A stretch of 52,227 nt of DNA from Pseudomonadota bacterium. Lineage in GTDB: Bacteria; Pseudomonadota; Alphaproteobacteria; RF32; CAG-239. Where the stretch lies: positions 1 through 52,227 of the forward strand of contig CAKJXZ020000036.1 of NCBI GenBank assembly GCA_918234285.1, in the 5' to 3' direction. This document shows positions 45,662 through 52,227 of this stretch, piece after piece. Numbering within the stretch: position 1 is the stretch's first letter; each line of letters opens with the position of its first letter. A program made the position numbers and the translations under genes. The notes under the pieces were generated by a model, which was not told where the DNA came from, searched no databases, and saw only the letters and a list, made by a program, of their open reading frames with translations.

Positions 45662-47389
45662 ATGCTTTATAACCGTGGCTATTCCTATTACGTGGTCGAA
45701 AACGTGCCCACTAAACTCATTCCTATTGTCGGAAAAAAACAAATATGGGTTTCTTTGCATACCAAGCAAAAAGATGTTGCCATTATCAAATCTGCGGTGG
45801 TATTATCGGACATCAAAAGATTTTTTATAATGGGAAAACAAAAAATGGCTGTATTTAATGATGAAACAGATGACGCTCCTCGATTAAAGGTATATTATGA
45901 GCTATTGAACACACCCCAAGGCAATGCTGATTATACCGATGACGATATAGAGATGTATGCGCTCGATTTCTGCATTAATAAAGCCCTTAACGAGTTTCCG
46001 CAGTTAGAATGTGATATGCAGACACTTAACTACTTCCAATATCTGCTTAACGAAAACATCACGGCATACAAATTTAGCGATTTTAGTGCTGTTAAAGACG
46101 CTGTGGACGCATATATTGAAACGCACAAACTGAAAAAGCCAACCGAAAGCTGTTATCCAAAATTTTTGAAAGCATTTATGCTCGGTTACTTGCAATATCT
46201 ACAACTTGCGGTTAAACGCACAAAAAATATCGAGCTGAAACGACCAAGAAAGCTTATAACAGAACCACCGCAAACCGAGAAAGGCATTCAACAAATGCAA
46301 CCTTTGAACATTGCAAGCACAAAGTCAAATATAACATTGGTTGAACTGGCAGAAAAATATAATAACGCAATGTCAAGAGCTAATGTCGCTAAGGAACATA
46401 AAGAGAAAATTCTGCAACGTTTAACTATTTGGGATAACCTTTTACAGCACAAAACCATCGGAGCTATCACGACTGAGGACATTCAAAAACTTGTGCCAGA
46501 CCTAAAATATTTGCCTTATCGATTAAGTAAAAACGATATTAAAGGTAGCTTATTGACCGTGATTGAAAAAAATCGCAACAATCCAACCCATAAAGGTTTT
46601 TCGTTTGATACGCAAGTTGATTATATTAAGGTTTTAAAAAGTGCGTTAAAATGGGCGGTTACACATAAATACGTTGCAGAAAATGCTGTCGATGCTGTAG
46701 ATGTCCCAGCTCCCCCGAAAGACAAACCACAAAGCAAATATCTTTCATATACACCAGAAGAACTTAATAAGATTATTAACAGCGACTTATTTCAAACTAA
46801 ATGGGGAAATCATACCAAAAACGGAATTTTGCGGTGGTTGATTTTGCTGGGAATGTTCACGGGTGCAAGGCTTAATGAACTATGTCAGCTGCGAATATCG
46901 GATATAAGGGAAGAAAACGGCATACACTATATAAGCATTAATACCGAAGATGGCAAAACCGTTAAAACTGCCGCTGGATGTCGTAAAATCCCTATTCATA
47001 ACGAATTAATTAAGCTTGGTTTCTTGCAATATGTTGACACCATTCGTAAGGAAAAGGACAAACATCTATTTCAGGGATTGACTGCCAATAAGCGTATGAG
47101 TGAACAACCAACAAAATGGTATGCTCGATTTTTAGATAGAATCGGCATTACGCAAAAAGGGAAAGTCTTCCATTCTTTTAGGCATACTGTAAGGGAAATA
47201 ACTCGTAACAATAATATAAGAAAAGATATTATTGAGCGAGTCTGCGGTTGGGAAGATGGCGATAAAGGGTTGTCTAATCATTACGGCGACATTTCTCTCG
47301 AACTGCTTTATACAGAATTAAATGACAAGCTACGCTATGAAGGGCTTGATTTATCGCACCTCTACGTCGACCAAGAAAAAAGGGCTTAA
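45662..47389 (+). CDS. Tyrosine integrase with DUF6538-like N-terminus
   Basis: YY....VP..L...VGK..I.VSL.T; catalytic TGARLNE, KT, HSFRH, GW and HY. Confidence 0.92.
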   Translation: MLYNRGYSYYVVENVPTKLIPIVGKKQIWVSLHTKQKDVAIIKSAVVLSDIKRFFIMGKQKMAVFNDETDDAPRLKVYYELLNTPQGNADYTDDDIEMYALDFCINKALNEFPQLECDMQTLNYFQYLLNENITAYKFSDFSAVKDAVDAYIETHKLKKPTESCYPKFLKAFMLGYLQYLQLAVKRTKNIELKRPRKLITEPPQTEKGIQQMQPLNIASTKSNITLVELAEKYNNAMSRANVAKEHKEKILQRLTIWDNLLQHKTIGAITTEDIQKLVPDLKYLPYRLSKNDIKGSLLTVIEKNRNNPTHKGFSFDTQVDYIKVLKSALKWAVTHKYVAENAVDAVDVPAPPKDKPQSKYLSYTPEELNKIINSDLFQTKWGNHTKNGILRWLILLGMFTGARLNELCQLRISDIREENGIHYISINTEDGKTVKTAAGCRKIPIHNELIKLGFLQYVDTIRKEKDKHLFQGLTANKRMSEQPTKWYARFLDRIGITQKGKVFHSFRHTVREITRNNNIRKDIIERVCGWEDGDKGLSNHYGDISLELLYTELNDKLRYEGLDLSHLYVDQEKRA

Positions 47390-49485
47390 TCAAGCCCATT
47401 TTTCAAGTATTTCAGCATATATTTAACTCGCCGTTTATCCGAGGATATAGTCAACATTTTTTGCATAGGTTTGAAACGTTGCCTTTTAACTCTTAGCTGC
47501 TTTTTTTCTTCCTTGGTTACACCTTTCTTGTTAGGATTGCAAAACAGCATTTGCGTGCGTTTCACATCGTTTTTATTAAAGAACAATATTGACTGAGCCT
47601 TTTTACCATCACGACCAGCTCGACCAGTTTCTTGGTAATACATCTCAATACTGCTCGGCACGTCATAATGTATTACAGCTCGCACATCTGGCTTATCAAT
47701 CCCCATACCGAAAGCGTTAGTTGCCACGATAAAGCACGGTTTAGTGTAAAATTCGTTAAGAACTTCATTATGCTTTTTACTTTCGGAATGATACATAAGA
47801 GAATCTATATCATTTTGGGCAAGTATATAATGCACAGCCTTAACTTTATCCTTTGTTCCACAGTAAATAAGCACCGTTTTTATCGGCTTGCCTTTTTTGT
47901 GGTAAGGTTTCAACATTTGTAAAAGCTGTTTTATTTGCGCATCAGCACCATACTTTTTACAAACCAAAGCATATTCAAGTTCTGGGCGTGATAAATCACC
48001 ACGAAACAATTTTTCATAACCAATAGTGGTCTTAATATCCTTACACGTTTGTTTATCAGCCGTCGCAGTCAGGCATATTGTTTTAGCTTTAGGGAACATA
48101 TCAATCAATTTTCCCAACTCCCCATATTCAGGACGAAAATCAGCACCCCAAAAACTAATACAATGAGCTTCATCAACAACTATCGTGCTTACACCAACAT
48201 TTTTTAAGACCGATTGCATTGTTTTGGATAACACCAGCTCAGGAGATACAAATAAAAACTTATATTTTCCTTGTTTTACCTCTTTTAATCGGGTTTGTTG
48301 ATTTTTAGCGGTCATTTTAGAGTGGATTGTTACCGATATATTTTTGATTTTATCATTTAAGGCTCGGTTTTGACCGTCCATTAAAGAAATTGTCGGCATA
48401 ACCACCACACATAGTTTTTTTCGCATTAGACCGATAAGTTGATAAACCAAACTTTTTCCAAAGCCAGTTTTTTCGACAACCAAACAAGAATGATGATGGC
48501 GCATATAACGGACAATATTTTTTTGTTCTTCAGACTTAAAATTTTTATAGCCTAAAAAATGCAAAGCCGAATTAATAGTGAACGTATTTTTTGTATTGTG
48601 TTCAAACCAATTTAGCACATATTCGTCAATTTTAAGCCTATCGTTACCATCAACAACCCCTTTTAATGAAACTTCGGACTTTTTATCAATGACAGTATTT
48701 TGTGGATTTGTCATTGAAAAGTTAGTGTTAATGTTGCGATAAAAATCGGAGTATTTATGAGAATCCAAAAATCGTAAATGCAAACAGCCACGTTTAGCAT
48801 GCCTTTTTTTCTTTCGCTTTTTCAACTTTAAAAGATTAATATAATAAAGCTCTTCATAGGTGCGAAACTTACATAAATAGCTCACCACCTTTTCCGGAGT
48901 TTTATTAATTTGCTCTACATCAATCAATTTTACTTTATGCGGAATCTTATAAGCCAGTTCATCACACACCCACGATTTTTTAGGCGGTAATAAATCAGAA
49001 CCAAGATAATACTCATACATTTCTGGCATTTTTTGATTCAGAAAATGAAAAACCGTATCTTTATCGGAACCAAAAACAAAACCGTGAATATGAGGCAACC
49101 AACCGAAACGATTATCAAATTTAACTTCCAAGACTAAATGAACAATGGCATCAGATAAACCACGGCAAAACCACTTTTTCACACGCTCCAAAAAAGGCTT
49201 AGGATTATATGACAATAACTCATCTTCGGGAATTGTTATCATTTTGCCTTGTATATACTCATTAATCGTAAAAAACACAGGGGTAGTATCTGAATTGATT
49301 AACGGTAAAAAATGGTCGATAAAGCGTTTTTGTAATTCATTAACATAGCGTGGGTTTGCGAGTGTATCTACGTCATCATCAAGCTTTTTGGCTAGTTCTC
49401 GGTAATACTGGCAACTTTGGGCTTTTGCTTGTCGATTTAAGTCGATAATACGCTCATCAATTTCGGACTTCTTACTCTTTTTCAT
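47386..49485 (-). CDS. Fusion of putative HUH (rolling-circle Rep-like) domain and RecQ-family helicase core
   Basis: C-half: TGFGKS, DEAH, TAT, ATNAFGMGIDK.DVR, YYQE.GRAGRDG. N-half: FFTI...E...WLPHIHG...SYLCK. Confidence 0.8.
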   Translation of the reverse strand: MKKSKKSEIDERIIDLNRQAKAQSCQYYRELAKKLDDDVDTLANPRYVNELQKRFIDHFLPLINSDTTPVFFTINEYIQGKMITIPEDELLSYNPKPFLERVKKWFCRGLSDAIVHLVLEVKFDNRFGWLPHIHGFVFGSDKDTVFHFLNQKMPEMYEYYLGSDLLPPKKSWVCDELAYKIPHKVKLIDVEQINKTPEKVVSYLCKFRTYEELYYINLLKLKKRKKKRHAKRGCLHLRFLDSHKYSDFYRNINTNFSMTNPQNTVIDKKSEVSLKGVVDGNDRLKIDEYVLNWFEHNTKNTFTINSALHFLGYKNFKSEEQKNIVRYMRHHHSCLVVEKTGFGKSLVYQLIGLMRKKLCVVVMPTISLMDGQNRALNDKIKNISVTIHSKMTAKNQQTRLKEVKQGKYKFLFVSPELVLSKTMQSVLKNVGVSTIVVDEAHCISFWGADFRPEYGELGKLIDMFPKAKTICLTATADKQTCKDIKTTIGYEKLFRGDLSRPELEYALVCKKYGADAQIKQLLQMLKPYHKKGKPIKTVLIYCGTKDKVKAVHYILAQNDIDSLMYHSESKKHNEVLNEFYTKPCFIVATNAFGMGIDKPDVRAVIHYDVPSSIEMYYQETGRAGRDGKKAQSILFFNKNDVKRTQMLFCNPNKKGVTKEEKKQLRVKRQRFKPMQKMLTISSDKRRVKYMLKYLKNGLD

Positions 49486-50326
49486 TATCAGCCCCATTTT
49501 CATCAACAGCATCATCATTTGAACTTGGTGGGTTACCCACTCCTTGTTCATCATACGGAACAATAACAACAAAAGGTTCAACACCTTTATAGGTATTAGA
49601 ATGTTCAGTATAATCCCACATTTTTTTGATTACACTCTGACGATTGGCTCCGATAACATCATCATTATTATAGCGCAAAATTACAAAATCACTTTTAACT
49701 TTATCTGGAGTATCATTATCGGTAACAGCATCTATTATGGCTTTTTGCGCTTGCGTTAACTTGTAAGTTATCGTATTTTTATTTATCATTTTGGACACAC
49801 TAGCATCATCTGTTTGATTAGCTGCTTGAGAGGTCGTTTTTTTAATTTCTTTTGACTTTCCACGTGCAACGGCTTCAACTCCTTTGGCTTTTAACTCATT
49901 CAAGGCTTGTTCTTTTGTTAAACCTTGCTCCAGCATATTTTTAACAGCCATTTTATAAATTTTACGGCGTTCACAAAAACGAGTTTCAAAGCGCTCATCA
50001 CATAATTCGTCCTTGAAAGCACTATCGAAAGTGGCTTTAAATATGACTTCTATATGGTTAAGTGTTTCATATTCGACCTTATACCTTGTGCATATAGCCT
50101 TAATATCGGCATCACTTGCATCCTTAACCACACCATACAACTCAGCCAATCCCTCGTAAAGTTTTTCATTACAAGAGCGCCAGAACGTATGCACAGTATT
50201 AAAGCAGTTTATAACTTGTTCAACTTGCGCAATAGCATCAATCTTCGGTTCTGTCACATTGTTAGCTCCCTCATTTGTAATAACTTCGGAAGCGGTGTCA
50301 TTTTGTTTCATATTTAATTCTGTCAT
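49472..50326 (-). CDS. Hypothetical protein (island)
   Basis: ATG at 50326 after AAGGAA; overlaps the start of the Rep-RecQ gene. Confidence 0.7.
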   Translation of the reverse strand: MTELNMKQNDTASEVITNEGANNVTEPKIDAIAQVEQVINCFNTVHTFWRSCNEKLYEGLAELYGVVKDASDADIKAICTRYKVEYETLNHIEVIFKATFDSAFKDELCDERFETRFCERRKIYKMAVKNMLEQGLTKEQALNELKAKGVEAVARGKSKEIKKTTSQAANQTDDASVSKMINKNTITYKLTQAQKAIIDAVTDNDTPDKVKSDFVILRYNNDDVIGANRQSVIKKMWDYTEHSNTYKGVEPFVVIVPYDEQGVGNPPSSNDDAVDENGADNEKE

Positions 50327-50620
50327 ATTATTATTCCTTTTCAAAAGACAGTTAATAAAAAAACTCCACTTCCGAGATAGAAAGCAGAGCTTAAAAACAA
50401 AAAAACACCACTTCTTCTCAGAAATGGAGTTGAGGATCATTAAAGCCGATGGACTCCTACGGTCAAACTTAAGACCAATTACAGCTTGTATTATCTAAAA
50501 ATAATACCTTAAAATGTGATACACTTAATAGACCGTTATTTATCCTTTCCAACTTTAATTATTACAGCATCCCATATAGCATATATTCTCCCAAAAGTCA
50601 AGTAAAATGTGGAAAATCGG

Positions 50621-51199
50621 CTAAATTTTTATTTTTTCAACAACATTAGAAAGTAGCTTTTCATTGGTATTATAATAATTAGCTGTTGTTTGTATATTAG
50701 AATGATTAACCAACGTCCTAACGGTAGCAATATCAACACCACTGGTTAAGGTTTCGGTAATGAAATATCTGCGCCCATAATGAGTTGAACATTGCAGCCC
50801 AAACGTGTTATAGATATGGCTAAATATACGGCTGATGGAGTTGCGTAAATATGGCTTTCGTGTTTTAGGAGAGGTAAATAGATATGTATCAGAATCAACT
50901 TTTTTCTGCGTTCTAAGCCATTCAATATATTTTTTCAGCTCTTTTACTGTGCTTGTATTGAAGTAATACTTAGCTTTACGTCTCCCTTTGTTTTTATCGG
51001 CACTCAATTCAATAATACTTTTGATTGTTCCATCGTCATTGCATACATCGGAAACTTGCAAATAACAGAAGTTTATGCACCTTAAGCCCATAAAGCTTAA
51101 TCGAAACATCATTTTAATTTGCTTGGAATTTGGCAACGTATCAATATATTGGAATATTTGCTTAATTTTTTTATCATCAATTATGGCTCTGTTTATCAT
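50621..51199 (-). CDS. Small tyrosine recombinase (catalytic domain only)
   Basis: MGLR, K, THYGRR.FIT and LVNHSNIQTT.NY. Confidence 0.88.
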   Translation of the reverse strand: MINRAIIDDKKIKQIFQYIDTLPNSKQIKMMFRLSFMGLRCINFCYLQVSDVCNDDGTIKSIIELSADKNKGRRKAKYYFNTSTVKELKKYIEWLRTQKKVDSDTYLFTSPKTRKPYLRNSISRIFSHIYNTFGLQCSTHYGRRYFITETLTSGVDIATVRTLVNHSNIQTTANYYNTNEKLLSNVVEKIKI

Positions 51200-51313
51200 A
51201 GTTCTTGCTCCTTTAATGAATATATTTGTTTAGATTTTTAATAAAAATTCGCATTATTTTTTATACATATAAAAGGTGTTTTAAATATATTACGAAAATT
51301 CAATATATTAACC

Positions 51314-51877
51314 TCAAGATGAATAACTTTTGATATTCTTATTCATTGGCGGTAATTTCATCGCTTTGACAACAATCGTATCTTCAACAGTCAAATCGTA
51401 AATTCTTGGTATATTGCTTGAACGTAGAAATCTCAAACCGTCGGAATCATTTAAGTAAATTCTATCTACGGTTATTCGGTCAACCACACTCCAATGGTCG
51501 TGTAGCCCTTGTATGCCTATAATAACGGCTGTATTCGGCTGTTTTGTTAGTGTCGATATTTTTTTGATAGCTGTCGATGTTCGTGTTTTATCGTTGAATG
51601 GCTTATAAAAACTCAACTTAATATTATCAGCCAGTTGTGATTGAATAATGCCAAGATAATTTTCAACTAATTCAACCTCTGAGCCTTCTTTATGGACTGC
51701 GAGCAATTTACGGTGTTTATATAAGTCTGAAATAATTAATTGAAACCAGATTTGGGCTTGTTTTTTGGTAAACTTGGCTAAACCATTGGTTGATTTTAGC
51801 ACTGCATTTTCGGTGCTATATATACCGCAGAGATTATCGAGATTCCCTTGTCTATATAGTTTAATATCTTGTGTCAT
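51314..51877 (-). CDS. Putative papain-fold (C39-like) cysteine peptidase
   Basis: QG.LD.LCG.Y...N, HWSVV and LNDS give a Q/C/H/D arrangement. Confidence 0.55.
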   Translation of the reverse strand: MTQDIKLYRQGNLDNLCGIYSTENAVLKSTNGLAKFTKKQAQIWFQLIISDLYKHRKLLAVHKEGSEVELVENYLGIIQSQLADNIKLSFYKPFNDKTRTSTAIKKISTLTKQPNTAVIIGIQGLHDHWSVVDRITVDRIYLNDSDGLRFLRSSNIPRIYDLTVEDTIVVKAMKLPPMNKNIKSYSS

Positions 51878-51878
51878 T

Positions 51879-52217
51879 TTAATACTCCTCGGCTAACAAA
51901 ATTGTCATCACACGGTTTGTTTGCGTAGGATCATCTGGTTGAGGTGAATAGAACTCGTCATTAATATCATATAAATCAATTTTCCAAAAAACTTGAGTTC
52001 CTCGGCTTGATATAACTTGTCCAAAATCGTGTTCGTTATATGGGTCGTTATCGGGAGTAAAATCATTAAATGCCCGAACTTTTTGCAATACCTCGGCTTG
52101 TTCGTCTTCGGGGAGTGAGCGGAAACCGATTGTCAACAGCACACGCCCACCAGTAAAGGTCTTTCGCAAATTATCGTTTAATGCAGCGACTTTTTTAATA
52201 TTTATTTTGTTTTCCAT
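51879..52217 (-). CDS. DUF3768-like protein
   Basis: LND..R, F...NDPY.EHDFG, FWKID.YD, RV.TI.LA.EY. Confidence 0.85.
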   Translation of the reverse strand: MENKINIKKVAALNDNLRKTFTGGRVLLTIGFRSLPEDEQAEVLQKVRAFNDFTPDNDPYNEHDFGQVISSRGTQVFWKIDLYDINDEFYSPQPDDPTQTNRVMTILLAEEY

Positions 52218-52227
52218 AATATTTTTC

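Larger units (their letters stand above)
45535..52227. mobile_element. Integrative element/genomic island at tRNA-Asn (right end outside window)
   Basis: Integrase immediately after the tRNA and visibly AT-richer sequence. Also carries a second recombinase, Rep/helicase and DUF3768-like genes. Confidence 0.85.

Noticed and set aside
47386-49485. Housekeeping recQ
   Set aside because: It lies in an island, lacks the RQC/HRDC domains and has an unrelated N-terminal domain, so the gene symbol was not assigned.

Overview
Bacterial chromosomal window, probably from an anaerobic, host-associated alphaproteobacterium. This is inferred from LolA, AsmA and FadL outer-membrane functions and the rplJ/rplL/glyA style; it is not proven. 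Positions 1-6.9 kb hold a polymorphic toxin/immunity-like cassette array. A conserved DNA block encoding 'SLFDNPDAIKQQNGQPSPVMQAIYRYLDNTYGQQN' recurs five times, once only as a remnant. It is fused to interchangeable C-terminal domains: two GH108-like muramidases, one other lysozyme-like domain and one serum-amyloid-A-like domain. Each is paired with an exported or membrane partner gene. Positions 7.0-10.8 kb hold four tandem paralogues built from 21-aa LRR-like repeats with a shared C-terminal tail. Positions 10.9-45.5 kb are mostly housekeeping: deoA-punA-cdd, AsmA-like, galU, a PilT/DotB-like ATPase, FadL, CoA-transferase, rml/wecE, nfo, lolA, argS, rplJL, mscL, glyA, rpiB and tRNA-Ser/Cys/Asn. 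This part also carries a family of structured intergenic repeats (21.96-22.34, 40.88-40.99 and 41.52-42.0 kb). From 45.5 kb to the end is an AT-rich integrative element at tRNA-Asn. It encodes two tyrosine recombinases and an apparent HUH-Rep/RecQ-helicase fusion. All family assignments are by motif recognition only; no searches were run.
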